Shown here: one piece after another, positions 1 through 9,122 of the stretch
How the letters are laid out: every line of letters starts with the position of its first letter
Numbering within the stretch: the stretch's first letter is position 1
NCBI GenBank assembly: GCA_937996685.1
Contig: CALKUP010000002.1
Coordinates: forward strand, 113,066 to 177,065
Direction: 5' to 3'
Source of the DNA: an uncultured bacterium
GTDB lineage: Bacteria; Patescibacteriota; Patescibacteriia; UBA9570; XYC2-FULL-38-9
DNA: 64,000 nt
The notes under the pieces: model-generated
The model's database searches: none
What the model saw: the letters and a program-made list of their open reading frames with translations, nothing else
What the model was told of the DNA's origin: nothing
Translations under genes and position numbers: made by a program

Positions 1-1050
1 AATGATTCAAAGCCTGCGCTCAACCCGCCAGTGATTACAGAAGGTGGACCGAATGACAAGTGGTTCTTGCAGTACCTGTTTATGAATCCAGTGAATCTAA
101 AAGAAGCTTTTGCTGTTCGTGTCTTTTCAAATGCAGAAAATTTATCACCAGAAGAATGGTATCGAAAAAATGCACCAAGCCCAGGCTCTGCAAACACGCT
201 GACAATTGATGGATATCAAGCGATTCAAGACGGAAATTCATATTACGTGTCAGCAAGTAATGTGATTCCAGGGGCAAATGGTGGTGAGAAGCAGCTTTAT
301 AATAATATTTACCTCATTACTTTTAATGACGGTGTTGAAAAAGCCGAAGCTGTTGGCGCGTTGCGTTCTGAGATTTTGCAATATCTCCATTTTAATACAA
401 ATGTTGATATGGCACAGTGTACTGGTTCTGATAAAGCAAAGCTCACGCGTGACACAAAGCGGGTGAGTGATCTTGGTACTATTGCGTCTTTGGCAAACGA
501 CTACTACCAATCAAATCGTGCGTACCCGGCGCCAAAGAGCCAATCATTTGGTTCGTATATTGCAAACTTTACAACCAGTATGTGGAATTCATGGCAAGGA
601 GCGCTTGGAAATACACTTGGCAGCACGTTACCGACAGATCCCTTGAATCTCTTTTATGCGCGGTCAACGCCAGATCCGTATAATGCGACGGAAAATTCAT
701 GGGTATCAACAGCGGAAGACCCGGTGCGTGATTGTAAATATGATCCAAATACAGGAAAATATTTTGATGAGTCAGGTACGTGTTGGGATCCAGTGAATAG
801 CAAGTTCTTTTGTCCAGAGTATTCATCTGTCTATGCGTATAAAAAAACAGATGACCAAACGGTTTCTTTATACGCCCACTTAGAATACGGGCAGTTCTTT
901 GCTGGTGGTCAATCAGAAACATATATTGATCAGGCGAATGTGCAGCGGTCTGATAATGTATGTAGTGATTTAACCAATGCTGAATGTGCGTGTTTCAATT
1001 ATGGGATCACGTCCAGAAATCCGGGCAATCAATTTACGCCAATACAATAA
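1..1050 (+). CDS. Partial CDS (3' portion; reading frame is open to position 1). Hypothetical secreted Cys-rich protein
   Basis: Open frame continues off the left edge. The C-terminal region has multiple Cys (CKYDP, CWDP, CPEY, CSDLTNAECACFNYG), suggesting an extracellular disulfide-rich domain. No recognisable family. Confidence 0.45.
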   Translation, partial: NDSKPALNPPVITEGGPNDKWFLQYLFMNPVNLKEAFAVRVFSNAENLSPEEWYRKNAPSPGSANTLTIDGYQAIQDGNSYYVSASNVIPGANGGEKQLYNNIYLITFNDGVEKAEAVGALRSEILQYLHFNTNVDMAQCTGSDKAKLTRDTKRVSDLGTIASLANDYYQSNRAYPAPKSQSFGSYIANFTTSMWNSWQGALGNTLGSTLPTDPLNLFYARSTPDPYNATENSWVSTAEDPVRDCKYDPNTGKYFDESGTCWDPVNSKFFCPEYSSVYAYKKTDDQTVSLYAHLEYGQFFAGGQSETYIDQANVQRSDNVCSDLTNAECACFNYGITSRNPGNQFTPIQ

Positions 1051-1056
1051 TATTTT

Positions 1057-1878
1057 ATGAGCGACACAGACACAAAACAATCAACAGCCGATGAGGCAGA
1101 TAAAAAATCAGGACTCGAAAAAATCCTCCCTGATAGCATGCCAAGCGTTTCATCATTGCTTGGGGGAACGGAAATTCAACCAGAGTCTTCAATTCCGTCT
1201 GAGGTTGTTGTTCCTGTTGCCCCGCAAGCTTCCGCGATTCCAAAGCCGCCTGCAGATGCTCCTGTTGTTGGTGTGCTGCAACATCCAAAGCCACAGCCTG
1301 CGGTTCCTGTAGCGCTGCCAAGTCAGCCACAGCCAATGAAAAATCGTGAACAACCACCAATTTTTGGATCACGTATTGGAAAAATGGTGTCCATTATTTT
1401 GGGGCTTGGACTATTTATTGCAATGATTGGCTTGATTATATTTTTCTTGGTGTCTCCGAACAGTGCGTTGTTTAGTGCGTTTAAAAAAGAGGATACAGTT
1501 GTGACAACGAATACAAATACCGCGCCAACAAATAGTGCTGTTGTGAATACGAGCAATACAAATTCTGCGTCAACGAACACTGAGTCAGTTGTGCCAAATG
1601 ATGCGGATGGAGACGGGTTGCTTGATAATCAAGAAGCCGGCTACCAAACAAACCCGAAAAAAATTGATACTGATGGAGACGAATTGACTGATCGACAAGA
1701 AATTGAAATTTACAAAACATCACCGACAAAAAAAGATACTGACGGAGATGGTTTTTCAGATGGTTCAGAGGTGCGTAATTTTTATAATCCAAATGGTCCA
1801 GGAAATTTAATTAATGTACCAGAGGCGATTGATTCACTTTCGAATAGTGCTGTAAATGGTACGAACGTTGTAAAATAA
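1057..1878 (+). CDS. Membrane-anchored protein with Pro/Gln-rich N-terminal region, one TM helix, Thr/Asn-rich linker and C-terminal thrombospondin-type-3-like calcium-binding repeats
   Basis: TM segment MVSIILGLGLFIAMIGLIIFFLV. Repeats DADGDGLLD, DTDGDELTD, DTDGDGFSDGSEV (D-x-D-G-D-G-x-x-D). Confidence 0.6.
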   Translation: MSDTDTKQSTADEADKKSGLEKILPDSMPSVSSLLGGTEIQPESSIPSEVVVPVAPQASAIPKPPADAPVVGVLQHPKPQPAVPVALPSQPQPMKNREQPPIFGSRIGKMVSIILGLGLFIAMIGLIIFFLVSPNSALFSAFKKEDTVVTTNTNTAPTNSAVVNTSNTNSASTNTESVVPNDADGDGLLDNQEAGYQTNPKKIDTDGDELTDRQEIEIYKTSPTKKDTDGDGFSDGSEVRNFYNPNGPGNLINVPEAIDSLSNSAVNGTNVVK

Positions 1879-1881
1879 ATT

Positions 1882-3171
1882 ATGTTTGATTCCATTCGGT
1901 CTGAAAAATCGTCACCCACACAAACAGAAAGCCTAGCTGCTGTGCGTCCAGAAATTGGTGATCCTGACGCAAAAAAATCAGTCTATACATTACCAAAAGA
2001 ATTTTTGCCAACAAAGCGTTTGTTGCCGGCAAGTGGAGGTTCCTTTTTTGCTTCGTGGAAAGTCGTTGCGTTAATTGCTTCTATCGGGGTTATATTTATC
2101 GCGATTATCGGTATTTTGGTGTACTGGCTCACTCAGCAAAATAACACAACAACTCAAACACAGGCCTTTCCGTTGACGACAAATCAAGCGGCAACAACAA
2201 ATACCGTTTCTAATAGTAGTACGCAATTGAATTTGAATGTGAATCAAGGATTAAATAGCAATGTGAATGCTGGTTTGTTTCCCAATGATAACACAAATAC
2301 AAATACAACAACGAATACAAATAGCGTGGCAACAGGGGTGAAAGCATTTTCGGTGAAAACAACTGTGCCGCTGGCTGCTGACAAAGACAAGGATCAATTA
2401 ACCGATGCCGAGGAAGCGTTGTATGGAACAAAGGTTGGATTACCTGATTCAGATAGCGATGGATTTATTGATGGAACTGAAGTGTTAAAAGCATATTCGC
2501 CAATTGCTGCAAAAAAAACGTTGCGTGACAGCGGCTTGGTGTTGCCATATAACAATACTTCATTTGGTTGGTCTATGGACTATCCGTCGAAATGGGTTGC
2601 CGGTGCATCAGATGATGCAGGAAAATCTGTGTTATTTACATCGGATTCTGTACAAGGGGAGTACGTGCAAGTTGTGATGGTTGATAACCCGCAAGGTGCC
2701 ACAGCAAAAGACTGGTACATGAGTGTATTCACGGATACAAATCCAGCTTCATTGCAAGATGCGACCGTTGCGGGACTTTCTGGAATTGTCAGTGCTGATG
2801 GCTATACATACTATTTGGCGGATGCAAAAAATATTATTGGAATTTCATATAATTTCGGAACAAAGGACGCTGTCTCATTTAAGACAACATTTCAAATGAT
2901 GTTGAGTTCTTTTGCGTATAATCCGGCAGCAGCAACAGCAAGTACCGCGACAAATACATCGTCGACGTTTTTGCAGCCGACTGTACCAACGACAAATACG
3001 AATACGACGAATACCAATACAGCGTCAACAACAACGAACACTAATACGACAAAAACAAATACAAACACGAATACCACAAACAAAAATACGAACACCAACA
3101 CAACAACAAGTCGCACGGTCCCAACAAACACCAATACAACGAATGCCAATACCGTAAGAACAATCCAATAA
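1882..3171 (+). CDS. Membrane-anchored TSP3-repeat protein with a C-terminal Thr/Asn low-complexity tail (paralog of 1057..1878)
   Basis: TM helix VVALIASIGVIFIAIIGILVYWL. DKDKDQLTD and DSDSDGFIDGTEV motifs. C-terminal about 80 aa is almost pure T/N repeats. Confidence 0.6.
   Translation: MFDSIRSEKSSPTQTESLAAVRPEIGDPDAKKSVYTLPKEFLPTKRLLPASGGSFFASWKVVALIASIGVIFIAIIGILVYWLTQQNNTTTQTQAFPLTTNQAATTNTVSNSSTQLNLNVNQGLNSNVNAGLFPNDNTNTNTTTNTNSVATGVKAFSVKTTVPLAADKDKDQLTDAEEALYGTKVGLPDSDSDGFIDGTEVLKAYSPIAAKKTLRDSGLVLPYNNTSFGWSMDYPSKWVAGASDDAGKSVLFTSDSVQGEYVQVVMVDNPQGATAKDWYMSVFTDTNPASLQDATVAGLSGIVSADGYTYYLADAKNIIGISYNFGTKDAVSFKTTFQMMLSSFAYNPAAATASTATNTSSTFLQPTVPTTNTNTTNTNTASTTTNTNTTKTNTNTNTTNKNTNTNTTTSRTVPTNTNTTNANTVRTIQ
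2930..3170 (+). repeat. Imperfect short tandem repeat (acgaat / acaaat units) encoding the TNTNTT low-complexity tail
   Basis: Visible degenerate 6-nt periodicity 'aatac(g/a)a(a/c)' across about 240 bp. Spurious antisense and +1 ORFs arise here. Confidence 0.6.
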
Positions 3172-3172
3172 C

Positions 3173-3607
3173 ATGTTTTCTATGTCCGTTGATATTTCCC
3201 GTGAGCAGGATATTCCTGAATTAACCGATGAGCTCGTTTTGCAGTTGTTTGCGGCGGCCCGTAAAACCGTTGAGGTGCCAGATGACTTTGAGTGGTCGAT
3301 TGCGCTGGTAGATGATGGAAGTATTGCGGCGCTCAATGAGCAGTATCGTGAGAAGGTTGGACCAACGGATGTGTTGTCATTTCGATACGACGATCTGCAT
3401 GGAGAAATTGTGATTTCAAAAGACCGGGTTTTTGAGCAAGCGACTGAGTACGGAAATACAGTCCTTGAGGAAAGTGCTTGGATGGTGGTTCATGGTATAC
3501 TTCATGTACTCGGCTGGGATCATGAACGATCACAAGAAGAACACGATGAGCAGCGACATTTAGAACAAACCATTTTATCACTATGCAACATTCAGTGCGC
3601 ACGTTAA
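3173..3607 (+). CDS. ybeY: Endoribonuclease YbeY (rRNA maturation factor)
   Basis: H-x-x-x-H-x-x-G-x-x-H zinc motif VVHGILHVLGWDHE. Size about 144 aa. Position upstream of dgkA as in Firmicute operons. Confidence 0.85.
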   Translation: MFSMSVDISREQDIPELTDELVLQLFAAARKTVEVPDDFEWSIALVDDGSIAALNEQYREKVGPTDVLSFRYDDLHGEIVISKDRVFEQATEYGNTVLEESAWMVVHGILHVLGWDHERSQEEHDEQRHLEQTILSLCNIQCAR

Positions 3608-3963
3608 TCAATAGTTTTCGATTTGCCATTAAAGGCTTTCGATATGCTTTTGTTCATGAGCAAAATTTCCGTATTCAAACGCTTGCGGCTATTGTGGTTT
3701 TTGCGCTTGCGTTTTTCTTTCATGTCAAACCGTGGGAAGTAGTCGCGTTGACTGGTATGGTCGTTGCGGTTCTTGTGCTGGAAATTGCGAATACAGTGAT
3801 TGAAAAATTTGTTGATTTATTAAAACCGCGAATGGAGCATTATTCTGGGGTGGTGAAGGATTTAATGGCAACAGCTGTCTTGTTGACCTCACTAGGTGCG
3901 ATCATTGTGGGCTCAACGATCTTCATTCCGTATATTGTTCACATGATTTCAGAAATGTGGTAA
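3583..3963 (+). CDS. dgkA: Diacylglycerol kinase / undecaprenol kinase family membrane protein
   Basis: About 126 aa, 3 TM helices, conserved E..ANTVIE..VD motif (LEIANTVIEKFVD). Overlaps the ybeY 3' end by 25 nt. Confidence 0.7.
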   Translation: MQHSVRTLINSFRFAIKGFRYAFVHEQNFRIQTLAAIVVFALAFFFHVKPWEVVALTGMVVAVLVLEIANTVIEKFVDLLKPRMEHYSGVVKDLMATAVLLTSLGAIIVGSTIFIPYIVHMISEMW

Positions 3964-3966
3964 AAT
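3938..3966 (+). promoter_or_regulatory. Sigma70-like promoter for ftsA: TTCACA-17-TAAAAT with TGG extension. ATG 8 nt downstream (near-leaderless)
   Basis: TTCACA 3938-3943, spacer 17 nt, TGGTAAAAT 3958-3966. ftsA ATG at 3975. Confidence 0.5.
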
Positions 3967-3974
3967 AATTGCAT

Positions 3975-5231
3975 ATGGCTCGAGAAGATATTATTACAGG
4001 ACTGGACATTGGATCAACCGCGATTCGTGTTGTTTGCAGTCAATTAAAAGAACAAACAGACGGGAGTGTTGCGCTGAGTATTATTGGCGCTGGTGAGGCT
4101 CCGGCTGAAGGGATCTCCAAAGGTGTGATTACGAGCATTGAAGATGCGGTTTCAAGCATTTCGGCTGCATTGGAAAAGTGTGAACGCATGACCGGTATCC
4201 CAATTGAAGAAGCGGTTGTGAGTATTAACGGGGCGCATGTTGTGGCTCAAGAAAGTCATGGCGTTGTCGCGGTCAGTAAACCAACTGGGGAAATTGAAGA
4301 AGATGATGTTGAGCGTGCAATGAATGCTGCACAAAGTGTTGCAACTCCACCAAACTACGAAATTTTACATGTGATTCCACGCGCTTTTTCTGTGGATGAT
4401 CAAGCAGGAATCAAAGATCCAATCGGTATGACCGGGATCAAGCTTGAGGTGGACACACAAATTATTTTAGGAATGACATCTCAAATTAAGAATGTCACGA
4501 AATCAGTCTATCGTACAGGCGTTGATATTTCTGACATGGTTGTTGAGGTGCTTGCTGCGAGTGAATCTGTGTTAACAAAACGACAAAAAGAACTTGGAGT
4601 TGTGTTGGTCAATATGGGTGGAGCAACGACAAGTATTATGGTATTTGAAGAAGGGGATGTCATCCATAGTAAAATTTTGCCAGTAGGATCTGGTCATATT
4701 ACAAACGATATCGCCATTGGATTGCGAACAACAGTTGATATTGCAGAAGAAGTGAAAAAACGATTCGGCACAGCGTTGCCAGAAACAGTGAATAAAAATG
4801 AAGAAATTGACCTCGCTGATATCGATCCACAAGAAGATGTAAAAGTATCAAAGAAAGAAGTGGCTGAAATTATTTCCGCTCGTTTAGAGGAGGTGTTTCA
4901 AATGATTCAAAAAGAACTTCGCACTATTGACCGTGATGCAAAATTGCCAGCAGGCATCGTCTTTACTGGTGGAGGAGCGTTGCTTCCTGGGCTCATTGAA
5001 ATGGCCAAAAATGACTTCCGAACCAGTGCGAGTATTGGTCTTCCAAAGCATGTTGTCTCTCCAATCGAAAAAGTGAATGACCCAACCTTTGCCACAGCTG
5101 TTGGTTTGGTTCTCTGGGCGCAGCATTTACAAGCGGTTCCTCAAGGAAAGCGTGGTGCTGTTGCGAATTTCAGCTCAGTTGCTGATGTAACTGGAAAAAT
5201 GGGGAAATGGTTTAAGTCGTTGATCCCATAG
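3975..5231 (+). CDS. ftsA: Cell division protein FtsA
   Basis: Actin-like ATPase. N-terminus ITGLDIGSTAIRVV, upstream of ftsZ. The ORF track begins at a TTG at 3969; the ATG at 3975 (MAREDII) is more likely. Confidence 0.9.
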   Translation: MAREDIITGLDIGSTAIRVVCSQLKEQTDGSVALSIIGAGEAPAEGISKGVITSIEDAVSSISAALEKCERMTGIPIEEAVVSINGAHVVAQESHGVVAVSKPTGEIEEDDVERAMNAAQSVATPPNYEILHVIPRAFSVDDQAGIKDPIGMTGIKLEVDTQIILGMTSQIKNVTKSVYRTGVDISDMVVEVLAASESVLTKRQKELGVVLVNMGGATTSIMVFEEGDVIHSKILPVGSGHITNDIAIGLRTTVDIAEEVKKRFGTALPETVNKNEEIDLADIDPQEDVKVSKKEVAEIISARLEEVFQMIQKELRTIDRDAKLPAGIVFTGGGALLPGLIEMAKNDFRTSASIGLPKHVVSPIEKVNDPTFATAVGLVLWAQHLQAVPQGKRGAVANFSSVADVTGKMGKWFKSLIP

Positions 5232-5333
5232 TGAACACATTATTTGTTCAGCATAGTCTTGCTTTTTGTTCAGAGTTCCTGTAGACTCTGAATTGTTTTA
5301 ACCTCTTGTATAAAGTATAAAAAATTCAAACCT

Positions 5334-6524
5334 ATGGAAGTCAAACCCGAAGTAGAAACCTTTGCAAAAATTAAAGTCGTTGGTGTTGGCGGTTCTGGTG
5401 GCGCGGCGATTAACCGAATGATTGAAGCTGGCTTGAAAGGTGTTGAGTTTATCGCTGTGAATACAGACGCTCAAGCGTTGCAACATTCTCCTGCACAAAA
5501 GAAAATCCATATCGGAAAAACAACAACTCGTGGACTTGGTGCTGGAATGGATCCAGAGGTTGGTTATAAGGCAGCAGAAGAAAATCAAGAAGAATTAAAA
5601 GAAGCACTGAAAGGTGCTGACATGGTATTTATTACCTGTGGTCTCGGTGGTGGAACAGGTTCTGGCGCTGGACCATTTGTTGCGCAATGCGCAAAAGAAG
5701 CTGGTGCGTTAACTGTCGCTGTTGTGACGCGTCCGTTTGCATTTGAAGGTGCGCAGCGTTCACATGTTGCAGACAGTGCGTTGTCTGATCTTGCGGAAAG
5801 TGTAGATACAATCATCACAATTCCAAATGATCGTTTATTGCAAATTATTGATAAGAAAACATCTCTATTAGATGCGTTCGGTATTGTTGATGAAGTCTTG
5901 CGTCAAGGTGTTGCTGGTATTTCTGATTTAATCACTGTTCCTGGATTGATCAACGTCGACTTTGCCGATGTGAAATCAGTCATGTCTGAAGCGGGTAGTG
6001 CATTGATGGGTATCGGAAAAGCAGCTGGTGAGCACCGCGCAGTTGAAGCGGCGAAAGCGGCAATTGATAGCCCACTTCTTGAAATGTCTATTGAAGGTGC
6101 GCAAGGTATCTTGTTCACTATTATGGGTGGCAGCAACCTTGGTATGTTTGAGGTTAATGAAGCGGCGCGTATCATTACAGAAAATGCAGATCCAAATGCA
6201 CGAATTATTTTTGGTGCTGTGATCGACGAATCATTGAAAGATGAAATTCAAATCACTGTTGTTGCAACGGGTTTTGGCGGCAAAGCGCGTTCAGTGAAAC
6301 GCCGTGAAGCAAGTAATCCATTCCGCGATGTTGATTCATTAACCCCTGGAACATCACGCTACAGTGATGATAACGAAACTGCAGCAGCGCCAGCTGGAAT
6401 GTCAATGATGGATGATGTCACAACCGCGCCTCCAGCTCGCAGTATCATGGATGAAGTGAAAGTTGATAATTCACAAGATGACGATTTGGATATCCCTGCG
6501 TTCATTCGAAAAAAGATGATGTAG
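5334..6524 (+). CDS. ftsZ: Cell division GTPase FtsZ
   Basis: Tubulin signature GGGTGSG (CGLGGGTGSGAGP), KVVGVGGSGGAAINRM, C-terminal DDLDIPAFIRKK tail. Confidence 0.95.
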   Translation: MEVKPEVETFAKIKVVGVGGSGGAAINRMIEAGLKGVEFIAVNTDAQALQHSPAQKKIHIGKTTTRGLGAGMDPEVGYKAAEENQEELKEALKGADMVFITCGLGGGTGSGAGPFVAQCAKEAGALTVAVVTRPFAFEGAQRSHVADSALSDLAESVDTIITIPNDRLLQIIDKKTSLLDAFGIVDEVLRQGVAGISDLITVPGLINVDFADVKSVMSEAGSALMGIGKAAGEHRAVEAAKAAIDSPLLEMSIEGAQGILFTIMGGSNLGMFEVNEAARIITENADPNARIIFGAVIDESLKDEIQITVVATGFGGKARSVKRREASNPFRDVDSLTPGTSRYSDDNETAAAPAGMSMMDDVTTAPPARSIMDEVKVDNSQDDDLDIPAFIRKKMM

Positions 6525-6542
6525 TAATAGAAATGAAAACAA

Positions 6543-6567
6543 GCCGCTGTAACCAGCGGTTTTTTTC
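6543..6567 (+). terminator. Rho-independent terminator after ftsZ
   Basis: Hairpin ccgctg-taac-cagcgg followed by a T7 run. Confidence 0.6.
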
Positions 6568-6586
6568 TGTACGATATTTTGCTTTG

Positions 6587-6595
6587 TGGTATACT
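6587..6595 (+). promoter_or_regulatory. Extended -10 element TGGTATACT upstream of the sensor kinase gene
   Basis: TGnTATACT at 6587-6595. In-frame ATG at 6605, 9 nt downstream. Confidence 0.5.
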
Positions 6596-6604
6596 ATTGT
6601 TTGT

Positions 6605-8683
6605 ATGTCTCGGAGGAAAAAAAATAAAAACATATTTCACTATTTACAGATGCAGCCAACGATTGGAGAGTTGCTCTTTTTTTGTTTCCTGGTTGCATTG
6701 ACGAGTGCCTTTACATTATTCGAATTGCTTGAGCACATTCATTTTTTTACATCCATTGATTTATATCGTTTATCGATCGCTGTCGATGTCATGATTACTA
6801 TTGGGGTGTCGTCTATTTCGTTTGCACGATTTTTCGCGAAAAAGAATGATACGGTGTTGTTTATTGGTTTTGCATTTGTGAGTCACGGCATTATTGATGC
6901 GTTGCGTTTGCTTGCGATTAGTGATTATGGAATTCATCATTTCCGTGTCTCGCAGTACGCTTTGGTCCATTGGTCATGGCTCGCGTCAGAAACTGTCTGG
7001 GTCTCGTTGCTTGCGATGAGTGCAGTTGTCTGGTTTTTGCAAAAAAAATATGGAGAGCAAGCGCATGTACGGTGGGGAGTGTTGTCATTGGTGGTTGCGT
7101 TGTTGACGTTGTCCGCGACAATTTTCTTTTTTACAACGCCGGTGACGATTGATTTCTATCAACCGCTCGGTCCATTTTTGCGTCCATGGGAACTGATTCC
7201 TGGGCTCATTTCTCTGATTGCGCTCGTTTTATTTTTTATAAAAGGTGATTGGGAACACGATGCGTTTGATTTTGGTTTACTTATTGCGTTGTTATGTACA
7301 TCGTTGGGACATTTCTTTTTTGGTTCGCAATCGACCGCGATATTTGATCAACATTTTTATGCGGCGCAATTATTGACGCAAACCGGAATGCTGATCGTAG
7401 CTGTTGGGTTGTTTTATAGTATGACAACACTCTTTCAAGATGTTGAGTCAAAAGAGCTTCAGTTGGTTTCCCGGGTACATGATTTGAAGCGTGAAAAAGC
7501 AATGGATGATACATTTATTGAAAGTATTGGAGATGCGATTATTGTAACGGATAGTGATACCCGAATTACACGGGTAAACAAAGCATTTGAAGAAACAATG
7601 GGTTGGACTAAAAAAGAGGCGATTGGTCAGCCGGTGACAAAGGTATTGCCGATGTTTGATTTGCATAATGCTGCGATTCCGTATGAAAAGCGCCCACAAG
7701 CAAAAGCGTTATTTGCTGGTGAGCGAATTGAAACATCAATGGAATATACGTACCAAAGAAAGGACGGTTCCTTATTTTCGGTTGCGTCTACGGTGACTCC
7801 GGTGATTGTTGACGGAGATATTATCGGTGCAATTGAAGTGTTTCGAGATGTGTCAAAAGAAAAGATGATCGATGAGCAAAAGAGCACATTCGTGTCTGTT
7901 GCGTCACATCAACTGCGAACCCCGCTCACGACACTGAATTGGTACACGGAAATGTTGCTGTCTGGAGATGCCGGAAAAATTAATAAAAAACAGAAAGAAT
8001 TTTTATTAGAAATTTACCAAGGGAGTAAGCGCCTTGTTGTGTTGGTGAATGATTTATTGAATATTTCGCGCATTGAATCGGGCAGGCTGAAAATTCAACC
8101 GGTTGAAACGAGTATTCATTCGTTGATTAAAGAAACAGTCGCAGAAATCCGCCCGTTATTACGCGGTCGCTCAACAAGCGTGACTGTCGATATTCCAGCG
8201 CTTCAATTTACTGATGTTTTGATCGACCCGCTGATTTTACGTCAGGTGATTCATAATTTACTAACGAATGCTATTCGATATTCTTCGAAAGATACAAAAA
8301 GCGTGATTACTATTTCGGTGCAAAAAAAGCGTTTTGCGCTCACACGCAATAAAGCAGCGGAACTCAGACCAGGGAGTTATATTGTTATTGCTGTGAAAGA
8401 TCAGGGTATTGGTATTCCAAAGAACCAGCAAGATCGTATTTTTGAAAAGTTTTTTCGAGCAGACAATGCGCTGCATGCCGCCGCAGATGGGAGTGGTTTA
8501 GGTTTGTATTTTATTAAAATGATTATGCAAGAATCAGGCGGAGCGTTATGGTTTACCTCAAAAGAAAATCAAGGAAGTACCTTTTTTGTCGCTATCCCTG
8601 TTACTGGCATGAAAGCAAAGGTTGGAGATAAAGAAATATCAACAGTGGCTTCAACAGAATTGCTTTCAAAGGAGAAAAAATAG
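6605..8683 (+). CDS. Sensor histidine kinase with a polytopic N-terminal membrane sensor, PAS, HisKA and HATPase_c domains
   Basis: H-box FVSVASHQLRTPLTTL, G-box GSGLGLYFIK, about 8 predicted TM helices at the N-terminus. The ORF track start at 6533 lies inside the ftsZ terminator, so the ATG at 6605 (or 6649) is preferred. Confidence 0.8.
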   Translation: MSRRKKNKNIFHYLQMQPTIGELLFFCFLVALTSAFTLFELLEHIHFFTSIDLYRLSIAVDVMITIGVSSISFARFFAKKNDTVLFIGFAFVSHGIIDALRLLAISDYGIHHFRVSQYALVHWSWLASETVWVSLLAMSAVVWFLQKKYGEQAHVRWGVLSLVVALLTLSATIFFFTTPVTIDFYQPLGPFLRPWELIPGLISLIALVLFFIKGDWEHDAFDFGLLIALLCTSLGHFFFGSQSTAIFDQHFYAAQLLTQTGMLIVAVGLFYSMTTLFQDVESKELQLVSRVHDLKREKAMDDTFIESIGDAIIVTDSDTRITRVNKAFEETMGWTKKEAIGQPVTKVLPMFDLHNAAIPYEKRPQAKALFAGERIETSMEYTYQRKDGSLFSVASTVTPVIVDGDIIGAIEVFRDVSKEKMIDEQKSTFVSVASHQLRTPLTTLNWYTEMLLSGDAGKINKKQKEFLLEIYQGSKRLVVLVNDLLNISRIESGRLKIQPVETSIHSLIKETVAEIRPLLRGRSTSVTVDIPALQFTDVLIDPLILRQVIHNLLTNAIRYSSKDTKSVITISVQKKRFALTRNKAAELRPGSYIVIAVKDQGIGIPKNQQDRIFEKFFRADNALHAAADGSGLGLYFIKMIMQESGGALWFTSKENQGSTFFVAIPVTGMKAKVGDKEISTVASTELLSKEKK

Positions 8684-8739
8684 CCGCTGTGCCTATGCGC
8701 AAAGATATGGTACTCTATACGTAATTACAGATACATTTT

Positions 8740-9117
8740 ATGCCAGCATCCAAGCCCCACATTTTAATCGCAGAAGATGAAAAGCCAGTCGCAAAAGCTT
8801 TGTCTCTTAAATTAGAGCACGAAGGCTTTGCTGTGACCATTGTTGAAAACGGGGTTGATGCTCTCGCTGCCATTGAAAAAGATGATTTTTCATGCCTCGT
8901 CCTTGATTTGATGATGCCGGAAATGGATGGTTTTGAGGTATTGTCAGCCTTGCAGGAAAAACAGATCACAGGCGTGCCTATTTTGGTTGCGTCTAATCTC
9001 GCACAAGCTGAAGATATCGCTCGAGCAAAAGACCTTGGAGCTGATGATTATTATGTGAAATCCGATACGCCACTCACTGTTGTTGTTGAGCGTGTGCAAA
9101 AATTAGCTCGTACATAA
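8740..9117 (+). CDS. Single-domain response regulator (CheY-like receiver only)
   Basis: ILIAEDE...D-LMMPEMDGFEVL receiver motifs. 125 aa, no output domain. Immediately upstream of the pilus ATPase gene. Confidence 0.8.
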   Translation: MPASKPHILIAEDEKPVAKALSLKLEHEGFAVTIVENGVDALAAIEKDDFSCLVLDLMMPEMDGFEVLSALQEKQITGVPILVASNLAQAEDIARAKDLGADDYYVKSDTPLTVVVERVQKLART

Positions 9118-9122
9118 TATAT

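Noticed and set aside
2892-3336. ORF-track entries on both strands across the TNTN repeat (2892..3149 -, 2912..3157 +, 3025..3336 -)
   Set aside because: Low-complexity translations (VFVFV..., RQQQQ...) generated by the simple-sequence repeat inside the real + strand gene 1882..3171. Not independent genes.
6533-6604. ORF-track N-terminal extension of the sensor kinase (start 6533), with similar over-extended starts at 3969, 15538, 15950, 17133, 24343, 28378, 30640, 46400, 47951 and 62629 (minus)
   Set aside because: These extensions overlap the upstream gene, a terminator hairpin, or the gene's own -10/-35 elements, often using TTG/GTG. Internal ATG starts positioned right after the promoter are more plausible.
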